Shown: positions 51,317-62,775, counted from the stretch's first letter. The stretch is DNA of 64,000 nucleotides from an uncultured delta proteobacterium (GCA_963802945.1 CAWDKY010000016.1:160001-224000), one strand, 5' to 3'. A program made the numbers and translations. Notes: generated by a model not told the origin, from the sequence alone.

Positions 51317-51733
51317 CTAATTCTCGGGACTACTCTCTTTCACTGTTGGAGGGGTCAATTGTCGGGTTGTGGTCGGTTTATCGGGACTCTGAGGGATAAC
51401 TCCTTCATCAGGGCTGGTCAGCTCTTGCGAAGGGTAAGGCTTAACCTCTCGATAGGGATGGGTCAGCGTCCTGGGGTCGTTAGCAGTTTGTTCATATATT
51501 TGCTGATAATTTTCCTGACTGTCATACCATCGTCGAGGTTCTGTGCCATAAGCCTCGGCTGGCTTCTCCGGATTAATAACACTGTTTCCTGCGGCCGGGC
51601 CCTGATTTCGACCAGGTTCGTTTTGATAAGGATCATAGGGATTATACCTCGAACCACGATCAGAATCAGCCAAAGCAAAACTTGCCAGTCCAATAATCCA
51701 AAGGGCAGTGAATAAGACTATTAATCTTTTCAT
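51317..51733 (-). CDS. Hypothetical exported Pro-rich protein
   Basis: Signal peptide ending ALA; AGGAG RBS. Confidence 0.6.
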   Translation of the reverse strand: MKRLIVLFTALWIIGLASFALADSDRGSRYNPYDPYQNEPGRNQGPAAGNSVINPEKPAEAYGTEPRRWYDSQENYQQIYEQTANDPRTLTHPYREVKPYPSQELTSPDEGVIPQSPDKPTTTRQLTPPTVKESSPEN

Positions 51734-51900
51734 GTCTGGGCTCTCCTTTTTGGGGGCCTATTGAAAAAGTATGAGCAACCAATCCATTCAATTTTATTAA
51801 TTACCCCAATTAGAATTCTTTATAAAGGCAAATTTCAATCTTACACTTCCCGTGAGGGATGACCCAATCCCTTATCCCTCTTAAGGACCAAATGGTTTCG

Positions 51901-54419
51901 CTATACGGCCTGTTCTTCTTCCTTCAGGTAGCCTTGAATTTCTTCATTGCCGGGATCCTGTTTGAGGGCTTCTATAAAACACCCCTGGGCTTCCTTGTGT
52001 TTGCCCAGAGTTCGGAAAGAAAGACCCAGTAAGCCGGTAGACCTCTCTTGATGGACCCCCGTCGGGCCAGGGCTTGATGCAAGGCGTCCACTGCCTTTTG
52101 GGGAAAATCGTTCATGAGGAGGGCCTTCCCCAAATTCATCCAGTAAATCCCCTTGGTCGGCTCAATTCGGGTGGCCTGCTGGCAAAGGGATAAAGCCACC
52201 TTGATACTTTCACCCTGCTGAAGATAAAGGGCTCCCAGCCGGCTTAAACAAAAGGCGTCCTGCGGGTTGTATTTTAAGGCCTTTCTGAAACAGGACATGG
52301 CCTCTCTCCCTTTTCCTAGAGATTCCTCACTCTCTCCCAGCGTCCGGTAAATAAATCCTTTTTTATCCGGAGTTTCCTCGGCCCGTTTAAACCAATAATT
52401 GGCCTTTGTTAAATCACCTTGTTCACGGTGGAGCCTGCCCAAATTAAAGGCCAAATCAAAATTGGAGCTGTTTTTTTCAGATAGGGCTTCCCAGATCTGG
52501 ATGGCCTTTTCCTTGTTTCCCATCCGGGCCAGGGAAAATCCAAGATTGAATGAGGCCATGAAATCATCAGGGGAAAGGGCCAGTATCCGGCGGAAGGATT
52601 CAATGGCCTTTTCCAAATGGTCCTGGTTGGCATAACAGACCCCCAGGCTGTTCAAGGCATTAATATTGTTCGGATCCAGAAATAAGGCCCTTTCATATTC
52701 CCGTACGGCCCCATGAATATCTCCATGGTTGTACAGCTTATCTCCGCTGATATTTAGGCTGACGGAATCAAAGGCGACAAAGGAACCGGGTCCCAGGAAG
52801 GCAAGATGATCCAAGGCTTTAATCGTGTTATCAAGGATGTCGCCCTTATGGAAAGGAGCGCAGGGGTATTCAGCCAGGGCCAGGGAGAAAGAAAGATGGA
52901 GGTCCTGCTTAAATTGTTTTATTAAATCCCTGGCCCACTCGCCTCCCGCTTTCCCGTCCATTCCCGGGATAAAGAGGATAAATCCGTCACGACCATAAGG
53001 ACCGACCATTCCACCGGCCGGTAGCCGTCCTTTAAGGCCCAGGTCTATTTCTTTTTGGATTTCCAGGAGGCCCTTTTCTCCCCAAAGCTTGAGCCGGTCG
53101 GCATAATCATCTAATCGTCCGATGAGCAGGACAAACTTGTCGGTATCTTTCAATGCTTCTCGTAATTTCTGCTGAAACATTTGAAAAGACCGAAGGGAGC
53201 CGTTGGTTAAAAGGACCTCTTCTTTTAGATCTCCCATTTTTTCATCACTGGGGGAAACCAGACGAACCCGGTCGTTTGGCTGAATGTTCAGGCCCGATTC
53301 CCGAAGATAAATGACTTCCGCAATACTGATTTCTTCCTGGATCTCAAGGGGAACGGCCAGACCTTTTTCCCGTTCGGGATCACCCTCGTCCCTAATTGAG
53401 AACCGCATAAAAAAACCGACTCCGGCTTTTTGCCCCAAATTGATTACGATTCGATGACCGGGAAGAAGGTCCACGACCCTGCCGGCGCGAAACAATATTT
53501 CATCATAACTTAGGGTGATATTGTTTCCTAAAGGTTGAGCCAGTTCGAGGGCGGTCCAGGCCTGTTCCCACCAGAGGGTCATCAGAGAAGAATGGGAAGG
53601 GTTGCCTTGAAAAGTCTCCTGAGACCGGGTATTAAGGCCGGCCCAGCCTAGATGATAAATAAATTTATTCTCCACTTCCGGAGAACCTTGAAAGGGTAAG
53701 ATCGGAGCCTGTATTTCTTCCTCTAGGGATGGGATAACAAAACCTATGATCAGAGGGTTGTGATGAATTGTGGACAGGATCGTCTCCTTTGGGAAACTCT
53801 TTTTGATTTCTTTTATCCAGACTCGCCATTCTGACTCCTGGGAAAGGGAGAAGGGGTCTTCCGGGGTCTCTTTGGGTTGGAGAGAAAGAAAGCCAAGCAT
53901 CAAGGTCGGTGAAGAAAGTCCATCGGCAAGACTTAATTTTTCAGGTTGTTGATCGCCCCATTTTTGGGTGAATTCTTTTAACACCCCACTCACTATCTTT
54001 CGGAAGGCCCTTTCATGATAGAGGCCGGTTACCGGATCCAACTGAACCTGTTTTGTTAATGCCGTCATTTCCAGGGAAAGACCGGCCAATCGCTCTAAAA
54101 GAAGCCTTTCATTGTTCCCGGGAACCTGGGGCCAGCCGAACAGGACCAGGAATCCCAAGGTTCGGCCGTGATACATCAGGGGCCAATAAAGTCTTTTACG
54201 CAGGGGATCAAATTGCATTTTTTTTTGGTTGACCCAGTGGCTGTCTACAAATTCTTCCAGGTTTCCCCCTTCCTTCCAGGTCAAGGCAGATTGGGGGCGT
54301 TCGGGAAAATAAAAATTAAGGGAATGAAAAGAAAAGAGACCCTGGAAAATTTTGGAAAACAGGACACGAGAGGCCAATAGATCTTCCGGAGAAAGGTCGT
54401 GAATTGTTGAAAAAGGCAT
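51901..54419 (-). CDS. TPR protein with degenerate GGDEF-like domains (frameshift near the 3' end)
   Basis: LDPVTGLYH, YGRDGF and SFSLALAEYP motifs, then tandem TPRs; TPR reading continues in another frame to the TAG at 51901-51903. Confidence 0.7.
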
Positions 54420-54578
54420 CAGTGCCTATCCTTTGTTGTTTAGAAGTTCTTTAATAGGAAAGATATACGGGTGCTTGAATTTTGTCAACCATGAGTTCCT
54501 AGTATGATTTACAACTTGACAGAAAAAATAATTATAGAATACTGTTAGCCGTCGTCTTAAAAAGCTTAGGAGGTTTGA

Positions 54579-55478
54579 ATGAATATCTATGTCCGAGCTA
54601 TGCGCCTGCCCTTTTTAACCGGCTCTTTAGTTCCGGTCCTTTTGGCTGCCGGCCAGGCCTATCATCAGGGCTTTTTCCGGGGGTTTGAACTACTATTAAC
54701 TTTAATTGGAGTAGGTTCCCTTCATATCGCCGCCAACATGATCAATGATTATTTCGATGCCCCTGGAAGCGACATCATCAACCTTCATCCCACCCCGTTC
54801 AGCGGAGGAAGTCGGGTCATCCAGGAAGAATCGCTCAGTGCCCGTCGGGTATTAGGGATATCGATCTTTTTTTTCGCCTGGGCGGTACTTACCGGGTTGG
54901 TTCTTATTTTCATGGGCCGTCCTTATGTTGCCTTAATAGGCTTGTTAGGCCTTCTGGCCGGATTATTTTATTCAGCCGATCCTCTAAAGCTTATGTCTCG
55001 TGGTCTGGGGGAAGTTACTATCTTTTTGGCCTTCGGACCATTAATCACCTGGGGGACTTATTATGTTTTGGCCAATCACCTGACCTGGCCGGCTTTTTTT
55101 CTGGGCTTCCCCTTAGGTTTCCTGATCACAGCCGTTATTTGGATCAACCAATTCCCTGATTTTCAGGCCGATCGAGCGGCTCAAAAAAATAATCTTGTCG
55201 TTCGACTGGGACTTGAGTTCTCCCGCTGGATCTACTTATTGTTAATGATTATGCCCTTCCCCTTTCTCTTCTTCTTATGGGGAAGCCAACATTTTTCCTT
55301 CCTGATCCTTATGGCCTGGCTGGCCCTGCCTTTGGCTATAAAGGCCATCCGCATCTTCTGGAAAAACTATAATACCTATGAGCAGATCATTCCGGCCCAA
55401 TTGCTGACCATTCAAACCAATATGGCCGTTGGGGTGCTCATGCTGGCGGGCATACTGATCGGTCATTTTGTCCAATGA
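54579..55478 (+). CDS. menA: 1,4-dihydroxy-2-naphthoate polyprenyltransferase (UbiA family)
   Basis: NMINDYFD, FSGGSR, GLGE and INQFPDFQAD...K motifs. Confidence 0.88.
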   Translation: MNIYVRAMRLPFLTGSLVPVLLAAGQAYHQGFFRGFELLLTLIGVGSLHIAANMINDYFDAPGSDIINLHPTPFSGGSRVIQEESLSARRVLGISIFFFAWAVLTGLVLIFMGRPYVALIGLLGLLAGLFYSADPLKLMSRGLGEVTIFLAFGPLITWGTYYVLANHLTWPAFFLGFPLGFLITAVIWINQFPDFQADRAAQKNNLVVRLGLEFSRWIYLLLMIMPFPFLFFLWGSQHFSFLILMAWLALPLAIKAIRIFWKNYNTYEQIIPAQLLTIQTNMAVGVLMLAGILIGHFVQ

Positions 55479-55511
55479 TTTTTATTGATAACAGAACTCT
55501 TTCAATGGGTC

Positions 55512-55617
55512 GATACTGGATAAAACCAAAAACCGATACTGGATACTTGATAAAAACCTCGCATCCGGTATCTAGCATCAAGTATCCAGTATCCGCAGTT
55601 TGATCCAGTATCCAGTA
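55512..55617 (+). repeat. Heptamer tandem-repeat hairpin (GATACTG family)
   Basis: GATACTG GATACTT GATA ... GCATCCG GTATCTA GCATCAA GTATCCA GTATCC ... ATCCAGTATCCAGTA. Confidence 0.8.
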
Positions 55618-55892
55618 ATTGCCGATGGGACTTCATCAGCCCTTCATCTCCGATAGAACCCCTTTTCTACTCGAGCCGTTATCAAAGAAATACGCCATTT
55701 CCCCTTGACCAGGATAATGGGTTGTTATATAAAAGAAAATGACGAACAGGATTTAGGCCCCAAGGGTTCAAAGATTCCTGGGTTACAGGGAAAATGTTCA
55801 GAAATTACAACGAGCTGAATGTTTAGGAAAAGACTGAGAAGATTTTTTGATTGTTTGATTTTTTTCGGCAGGTTGCTTAGGCAAGTATTTTT

Positions 55893-56270
55893 ATGATTTA
55901 TGGTATTGGGGTCGATTTGGTGAAGATGTCCAGAATCCAGGCAGCCATGGAAACCTGGGGGGAACGATTTCAACAAAAGATCTTCACCGAAAAAGAGCGA
56001 TCCCTGTGCTTAAGCAAACCCCGTCCCACCCGCTATTGGGCCATGCGCTTCGCAGCCAAAGAGGCCTTCTCCAAGGCAATCGGGTTGGGAATGCGGCATG
56101 GAATTTTTTGGAAGGATATTGAGGTAACCTCCGATTCTTTCGGGAAACCGGAACTGAGGCTTTATGGTCAAGCCCGTGAAATCTGCGCTCGAGTTGGAAT
56201 TAAAAACAGTTTTTTAACCTTAAGCGACGAAGACGGTTACGCAGTGGCCGTGGTGGTTCTGGAAGTATAA
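55893..56270 (+). CDS. acpS: Holo-[acyl-carrier-protein] synthase
   Basis: GIGVDLV, RFAAKEAFSKA.G and GKP motifs. Confidence 0.96.
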   Translation: MIYGIGVDLVKMSRIQAAMETWGERFQQKIFTEKERSLCLSKPRPTRYWAMRFAAKEAFSKAIGLGMRHGIFWKDIEVTSDSFGKPELRLYGQAREICARVGIKNSFLTLSDEDGYAVAVVVLEV

Positions 56271-56275
56271 ACAAA

Positions 56276-56334
56276 CTGGAATCCAGAATCCAGGAGCCAG
56301 TAGTCAGAATAAAGGCCTTATATTCTGGATTCCT
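56276..56334 (+). repeat. Heptamer tandem-repeat hairpin (CAGAAKY family)
   Basis: CTGGAAT CCAGAAT CCAGGAG CCAGTAG TCAGAAT ... ATTCTGGATTCCT. Confidence 0.75.
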
Positions 56335-56350
56335 TCTTAGGTGTATTACT

Positions 56351-57949
56351 ATGATCTTAGCTACAGCCCAACAAATGAAACAACTGGATCAACGGACCAT
56401 TGAAGAGTTCGGCTTGCCGGGACCGGTCCTGATGGAAAATGCAGCCCGCGGGGCGGTCCAGATGATCCAAAGTCATTATCCTCAGGCCAGATCTATAGCC
56501 GTCTTCTGCGGAAAAGGAAACAATGGGGGAGATGGTTTGGTCATAGCTCGTTATTTCCATTCTCTGGGTCTAAAAGCAAAGGTCTATTTAGCCGGAGCGA
56601 AGAGGGAATTGAAAGGTGATGCCGCTCTTCAACTCCTTCTGACGGACAAACTGAAGGTCCCTTTGGTTGAATTAACCGACAAAATGGATCTTCCGGCCCT
56701 AAGGCATGAATTAATCCAATACGACCTTTTAGTGGACGCCCTTTTAGGGACCGGATTGGAAAAGAATGTCCAAGGTCTTTTTCGAAACGTGATCCAGTTG
56801 ATAAACGAGCTTCCCTTGCCAAAAATAGCGATCGACATCCCTTCCGGTTTATCTTCCGACAGTGGCCAACCCCTTGGATTATGCACCCTGTCCGATTTGA
56901 CCGTCACTTTCGGCTTGCCCAAGGTCGGTCAAGTCTTGTTTCCCGGATGCCGTTTTGTGGGAAGGCTTTTTTGGGTCGATATCGGCATTCCACCGATGTT
57001 CTATCCCCCTGCAAATGAACGGGTGGAATTACTGGAGCCCAAAACCCTGGCCCCATTCCTGCCCAAGAGAGATCCCGAAGGCCACAAGGGTCTTTATGGT
57101 CATGTGCTAGTATTAGCCGGTTCGAAAGGTAAAACCGGGGCCGCGGCCATGACCTGCCTGGGGGCCTTGCGGGCCGGGGCCGGATTGGTGACCTTGGGTA
57201 TACCGGAAAGTTTAAATGCCATCATGGAAGTCAAATTGACCGAGGCCATGACCGAACCTCTGCCCGAAGGGCAATCAGGGACTTTAGGCCCAAAGGCCCT
57301 CAAAAGAATCCAGTCCCTTTGTGAGGGGAAAAAGGCTCTGGCCGTTGGCCCCGGTCTTTCCCAATCCCAGGGGACCAAGTCTTTAGTACAAACTCTGCTA
57401 AAGCGATTAAAAGACATCCCGTTGGTCCTCGATGCTGACGGATTGAATGCCCTGGCTGACAATCCGCAAACATTAAAGACCCTGACCGGCCGGGCCATTT
57501 TAACTCCCCATCCGGGGGAGATGTCGCGATTGTCAGGACAATCGGTTAAGGAAATTCAGGCCGACCGCATCCAATCGGCCCGTGCCTTTGCCAGAAAATA
57601 TGGAGTGGTCGTTGTTTTAAAGGGGGCCAGAACCGTCATTGCCGATCCGGAAGGGCCGGTTTATCTGAATCCTGTGGCCCATTCGATATTGGCCAGCGGT
57701 GGAACCGGAGATATTTTAACCGGTTTGATCCTTGGTCTGTTGGCCCAAGGATTGTCCCTGACCGAAGCCGCTTGTCTGGGGGTGTTCCTCCACGGACAGG
57801 CCGGGACCTGGCTGGCCCGCGAGCGAGGGGGGCAGGGGATTCTGGCTTCGGAATTATTGGAAAAAATTCCCAGGCTTCTTTCTCAAAAGGACTACTGGGA
57901 TTGCCCGGAAACAGAGCCCATTCCGTTGATCCGGGAGGTGAAGTTGTAG
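56351..57949 (+). CDS. nnr: Bifunctional NAD(P)H-hydrate epimerase/dehydratase
   Basis: LMENA, GKGNNGGDG, DALLGTG, DIPSG, HKG.YG, DADGLN, TPHPGE and GGTGDIL motifs. Confidence 0.95.
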   Translation: MILATAQQMKQLDQRTIEEFGLPGPVLMENAARGAVQMIQSHYPQARSIAVFCGKGNNGGDGLVIARYFHSLGLKAKVYLAGAKRELKGDAALQLLLTDKLKVPLVELTDKMDLPALRHELIQYDLLVDALLGTGLEKNVQGLFRNVIQLINELPLPKIAIDIPSGLSSDSGQPLGLCTLSDLTVTFGLPKVGQVLFPGCRFVGRLFWVDIGIPPMFYPPANERVELLEPKTLAPFLPKRDPEGHKGLYGHVLVLAGSKGKTGAAAMTCLGALRAGAGLVTLGIPESLNAIMEVKLTEAMTEPLPEGQSGTLGPKALKRIQSLCEGKKALAVGPGLSQSQGTKSLVQTLLKRLKDIPLVLDADGLNALADNPQTLKTLTGRAILTPHPGEMSRLSGQSVKEIQADRIQSARAFARKYGVVVVLKGARTVIADPEGPVYLNPVAHSILASGGTGDILTGLILGLLAQGLSLTEAACLGVFLHGQAGTWLARERGGQGILASELLEKIPRLLSQKDYWDCPETEPIPLIREVKL

Positions 57950-58017
57950 ACACCTAGAATTTGGAATATGAGAATTTATCCATCACCATTTTGCAACCAG
58001 ATTTTTTATACAAAGCT

Positions 58018-58117
58018 TGGAATCCAGGAGTCAGGAGTCAGAATCCAGAATATAATCATAAGGCGGTGCTACGATATATCTTCATTCTGAATTCTGACTT
58101 CTGGATTCTGAATTCCA
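58018..58117 (+). repeat. Heptamer tandem-repeat hairpin (CAGAAKY family)
   Basis: 34-nt arms TGGAATCCAGGAGTCAGGAGTCAGAATCCAGAAT / ATTCTGAATTCTGACTTCTGGATTCTGAATTCCA. Confidence 0.85.
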
Positions 58118-58200
58118 ATATACATTTTGTTGGGTTGGTTTAACTTACTCCTGTTTTTTTATTTCTTAAATTGAATAACTACTCTGCTTAGGAGCCCGTT

Positions 58201-58650
58201 ATGATCCAGGCCAAAGATATCATGACTCAGGAAGTCATTACCGTTAAGGAAGACACCCCGATCTCTGAGGTGGCTCAAATCCTGACCGAAAAACATATCA
58301 GCGGGGTGCCTGTTTTGAATCCCGAAAAAGAGATGGTTGGGATCGTTTGTGAAAGTGACATTATCGACCAGACCAAACGATTACATCTGCCGACCGTGAT
58401 TAATTTAATGGGTTATATCGTTTTTTTGGAAAGCGGAAAAAAATTTGAGAAAGAATTGAAAAAAATGATAGGTCTGGCGGCTGCAGACATCATGACCCGA
58501 ACGGTCAAAACCGTCTCCCCAGAGACTTCGTTGGAAGAAATAGCCACGCTCATGGCCGAAAACCGTGTTCATTCCATCCCGGTCCTTAGAGGAAAAGATC
58601 TGGTTGGGATCATAGGCAAGAAGGATATTATCCGTTCTTTGGCTAGATAA
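58201..58650 (+). CDS. CBS domain pair protein
   Basis: AKDIMT, ISGVPV, GIV..SD, DIMT and LVGII motifs. Confidence 0.9.
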   Translation: MIQAKDIMTQEVITVKEDTPISEVAQILTEKHISGVPVLNPEKEMVGIVCESDIIDQTKRLHLPTVINLMGYIVFLESGKKFEKELKKMIGLAAADIMTRTVKTVSPETSLEEIATLMAENRVHSIPVLRGKDLVGIIGKKDIIRSLAR

Positions 58651-58661
58651 AGGATGCATCT

Positions 58662-59153
58662 TTGGAAGAGTCCATCCTTGAAGTGATGGTTGAAAGTGAA
58701 GAGGCCACGGAACAACTGGGCCGTAAATTAGCTTCTTTGCTTTCACCCGGAGATGTGATCGCCCTCCATGGAGAATTAGGGGCCGGGAAAACTTGTCTGG
58801 TTCACGGCCTGTCCAAAGGTCTGGGGATTGAAGAAGGGTTTGTAGCCAGTCCTTCTTTTTCTTTAATTAATGAATATCCGGGACCCAGTCCTCTTTTTCA
58901 TATCGACTGTTATCGCCTCCATTTGGAAGAGGAAATCCAGGAACTCGGGCTGGAAGAATATTTCGACGGTCCTGGAATCACGGTCATTGAATGGGCCGAA
59001 CGGATCAGAGATTTGCCGGAAGAGCGGCTGGATATTTCATTCACCATTGTGGATGAATCCCGGAGACAAATTCAGGTTAAAGGATCCGGGGCATGGGTCA
59101 AACGTTTGCAAAATTGGAATCTTAAATTTCAGAATCCAGGAGTTGGAAGTTAG
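58662..59153 (+). CDS. tsaE: tRNA threonylcarbamoyladenosine biosynthesis ATPase
   Basis: GELGAGKT, SPSF, HIDCYRL and IEWAE motifs. Confidence 0.95.
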   Translation: MEESILEVMVESEEATEQLGRKLASLLSPGDVIALHGELGAGKTCLVHGLSKGLGIEEGFVASPSFSLINEYPGPSPLFHIDCYRLHLEEEIQELGLEEYFDGPGITVIEWAERIRDLPEERLDISFTIVDESRRQIQVKGSGAWVKRLQNWNLKFQNPGVGS

Positions 59154-59216
59154 AAGTCGGAAGTAAAACGGACTGGCAAAGAGTTTTTTTCTTCTGGATT
59201 CTGAATCCTGACTTCT
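59128..59216 (+). repeat. Heptamer tandem-repeat hairpin overlapping the tsaE 3' end
   Basis: TTCAGAA TCCAGGA GTTGGAA GTTAGAA GTCGGAA ... CTTCTGG ATTCTGA ATCCTGA CTTCT. Confidence 0.8.
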
Positions 59217-59265
59217 ATATTCTATCTTGAAAAAATAATATTTTTTTCTAGTGAGGAGGAATTTC

Positions 59266-60490
59266 ATGTCCCTGATTGTTCAAAAATATGGTGGGACCTC
59301 AGTCGGCTCCTTAGAAAAAATTCGTAATGTGGCTGAGCGGGTCATCGAAATGAAGAAAAAAGGCCACGATATGGTGGTCGTCCTTTCGGCCATGTCGGGA
59401 GAAACGGACAGACTGATCCGATTGGCCTATGAGATAACCGGATCGCCCAATCCTCGAGAATTGGATGTCCTGCTTTCCACCGGAGAACAGGTTTCGGTGG
59501 CCCTGTGCAGCATGACTATCCAAAGCCTGGGATTCAAAGCCTCGTCCCTTTTAGGGCATCAGGTCAGGATTGTTACCGATGAGGCTTATGGCCGGGCCAG
59601 GATCAGCGAGATTGATACCCGGCGGATTATGGAAGAGATAAGAAAAGACAACATTGTGGTCGTGGCCGGCTTTCAAGGCCAGGATGAAAAAGGGAATATC
59701 ACCACCCTTGGCCGGGGGGGTTCGGATACCACGGCCGTGGCTGTGGCTGCCGCCTTAAAAGCCCAGGTCTGCGAGATTTTTACCGATGTGGAAGGGGTCT
59801 ATACATCGGACCCCAATATCTGTCCCAAGGCCAGAAAGATGAAAAAAATCTCCTATGAAGAAATGCTGGAAATGGCCAGTCTGGGGGCAAAAGTCCTGGA
59901 GATTCGATCGGTGGAATTTGCTAAAAAATTTAAGGTCCCGGTACACGTACGCTCGACCTTTACCAATAAGGAGGGAACAATGGTGGTTCAAGAAGATAAA
60001 AGCATGGAAAAGATCTTGGTTTCAGGAGTCACTTACAACAAAAATGAGGCGCGGATTACCATTACCAAGGTGCCGGATCGTCCGGGGATTGCCACCAAGA
60101 TATTTTCTCCCCATCTCTGAAGCAGGGGTAGTGGTGGACATGATCATCCAGAATACCAGTGCCGAAGGGTTGGCCAATGTGACCTTTACGGTATCTAAAA
60201 ACGATTATAAAAAAACCATGACTATCGTTAAAAAAGTGGCCAAGGAGATCAAGGCCGAACAGGTCCTGGGAGACGAAAACATCGCCAAGGTTTCCATCGT
60301 CGGATTGGGGATGCGCAACCACGCCGGAGTGGCCACCACCATGTTTTCTGCCCTGGCTAAAGAAGGGATCAACATCCTGATGATTTCCACCTCTGAGATC
60401 AAGATCTCCTGCGTCATCGAAGAGAAATATACCGAACTGGCAGTAAGAACCTTGCACAGTGCTTTTAATTTGGATGAAGAACTGAAATAA
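59266..60490 (+). CDS. lysC: Aspartate kinase (single frameshift near 60110, probably an assembly indel)
   Basis: [21 protein letters not shown] and [10 protein letters not shown] motifs; two ACT domains ([21 protein letters not shown]). Confidence 0.95.
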
Positions 60491-60497
60491 TTTGTGC

Positions 60498-60581
60498 AGG
60501 TTCAAGGTGTAAGGTGCAAGGCTTTTGATTCAAGAGTTATTTCTTTCCGTATTTCTACCGTGCAACGTTTACCGTTTACCT
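60498..60581 (+). repeat. Heptamer tandem-repeat hairpin (AAGGTNN family)
   Basis: AGGTTC AAGGTGT AAGGTGC AAGG ... ACCGTGC AACGTTT ACCGTTT ACCT. Confidence 0.7.
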
Positions 60582-60606
60582 AAGACCAAAAGGTGTTGAG
60601 TAACCC

Positions 60607-62191
60607 ATGAAACCCATCGATATCTACGATTGTACCCTACGGGATGGAACCCAGGCCGAGGATTTTAATCTGTCGGTCGAAGACAAAATCCGAATCGCCA
60701 AAAAACTCGACGAATTGGGACTCGCTTATATCGAAGGAGGTTGGCCGGGGTCCAATCCCAAGGATGTGGAATTTTTTAAGGCCATGAAAGGGATTTCCCT
60801 TAAACAGGCCCTGCTCTCGGCCTTTGGAAGTACCCATAATCCAAAGACCCAACCGGCGAAAGATCCCAATCTGAAGGCCCTGCTCCAGGCCCGGACCCCG
60901 GTCGTCACGATCTTCGGCAAGAGCTGGGATGTCCATGTCCGGGACGCTTTGCGCATCACTTTGGAAAGAAACCTCCGGATTATCGAAGACTCCCTGGCCC
61001 TGGTTCGGCCTAAAGTGAGCAAACTCTTTTACGATGCCGAACATTTTTTCGACGGCTATCAAGCCAACCCGGAATACGCCCTGGCCACTTTAAAAGCCGC
61101 AATTCGGGCCAAGGTGGATTGCCTGATCCTTTGTGACACCAACGGCGGGACTTTGCCCGGCAAATTAGCCTCCATTATCCAGGCCGTTAAGAAAGAAATT
61201 AAAGGGACCCCCCTGGGAATTCACGCCCATAACGACTGCGACTGTTCCGTGGCTAATGTAGTGGCTGCTGTGGAATTGGGTATCAGGCATGTGCAGGGAA
61301 CGATCAATGGATTCGGGGATCGCTGTGGCAATGCCAATCTTTGTTCCATCATTCCCAACTTGCAATTGAAACTCGGGTTGCCGGTTCTGAAGCCCGATCA
61401 GCTTAAAAAAATCCGGGACGTCTCCCGGTTCGTCGATGAACTGGCCAATATCCGTCAGAATAAATATCAACCTTATGTGGGGGACAGTGCCTTCTCCCAT
61501 AAAGGTGGAATCCATGTCAGTGCCGTAGTAAAAAATCCGGAAACCTATGAACATATCCGTCCGGAGTTGGTTGGGAATGTTCAAAGAATCCTGGTCTCGG
61601 ATCTGGCCGGCCGGAGCAACATCCTTTCTAAAGCCAAAGGGTATGGGCTGGATGTATCCAGCAAGGATCCGGCAGTATCCACCATCCTGTCATCAGTTAA
61701 AGGAATTGGAACATCAAGGATTCCAGTATGAAGGGGCTGAAGGTTCATTTGAATTATTAATGAATCGGGCCATGGGCGACCGTCAGCAATATTTTGATCT
61801 GGAATGGTATCGGGTTACTGTTCAGAAAGTTCGGGAAGACCAGCCTCCCATAGTTGAAGCGAGCATTATCGTCAAGGTCAAAGATCAGGTTGAACATACG
61901 GCCGCCCTGGGAAATGGTCCGGTCAATGCTTTGGACAATGCCTTAAGAAAGGCCTTGCTGCGTTTTTATCCGGAATTAAATGAAATGAGTCTGGACGACT
62001 ATAAAGTCCGTGTCCTGTCCAGTGTCGAAGGGACGGGGGCTCGGGTCAGGGTCCTGATCGAATCTGGAGACAGAGAAGACAAATGGGGGACGGTCGGGGT
62101 TTCCACCGACATCCTGGAGGCCTCCTGGCAGGCCCTGGTGGACAGCATTACCTATAAACTGTATAAGGAAGAAAAGAAAACCAAAAAATGA
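60607..62191 (+). CDS. cimA: Citramalate synthase (single frameshift near 61695)
   Basis: DCTLRDG.Q.E, EGGWPGSNPKD, YDAEHFFDG, HAHND, HKGGIH and YEGAEGSFEL motifs; C-terminal GNGPVNALD...DYKVR regulatory domain. Confidence 0.92.
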
Positions 62192-62775
62192 CTTCTCGGA
62201 ACTCCCTCATTCCCGAATTCACCCGTCTCCGGCAAAAAGGGCTTTTTATTTTTTCCATTTTAATTCTGGGTTTTATTGGATTCCAATATTGGGCAATGGA
62301 TCAAAAACCAAACTTGCCGGGAAACACCCCTTGGCCTGAAATAATTATAACGATTGAACTTAACGGTGAAGTCAATAGGCCCGGCCTCATCTCCTATTCT
62401 CAACCGACTATGATTCAACAAGTGATCCAGGATGCCGGAGGGTTTCCTATAAATCAAATTTTATCTTCAAAAGAGGGAACAAGAATCCTCGATCAGGATA
62501 CGACCTTGACGGTTACATCTAAGGATCATGGAATTCTCATCCTGCAGGATTCCCTGTCAGCTAAAGCCCTCTGGGTCCTCGGGAGACCCATTCCGCTTAA
62601 CCGGGCCACTAAAGAGGACCTGGACCGGCTTCCCGGGATCGGCCCCAGCCTGGCCCAGCGTATTGTTGAATACCGGGAGAAGCGTGGAGGATTTTCATCA
62701 TTGGATGAATTAATGGGAGTAAACGGCATCAAAGAAAAGACCTTTAAGAAAATAAAAGGGTATCTGACCTTATAG
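62188..62775 (+). CDS. comEA: ComEA family DNA-binding protein (SLBB + helix-hairpin-helix)
   Basis: GEVNRPG, LNRAT.EDLDRLPGIGPSLAQRIVEYRE..G.F and VNGI motifs. Confidence 0.85.
   Translation: MTSRNSLIPEFTRLRQKGLFIFSILILGFIGFQYWAMDQKPNLPGNTPWPEIIITIELNGEVNRPGLISYSQPTMIQQVIQDAGGFPINQILSSKEGTRILDQDTTLTVTSKDHGILILQDSLSAKALWVLGRPIPLNRATKEDLDRLPGIGPSLAQRIVEYREKRGGFSSLDELMGVNGIKEKTFKKIKGYLTL

Noticed and set aside
60100-61710. Programmed ribosomal frameshifting in lysC or cimA
   Set aside because: No canonical slippery heptamer with a downstream structure was seen; indel error is more likely.
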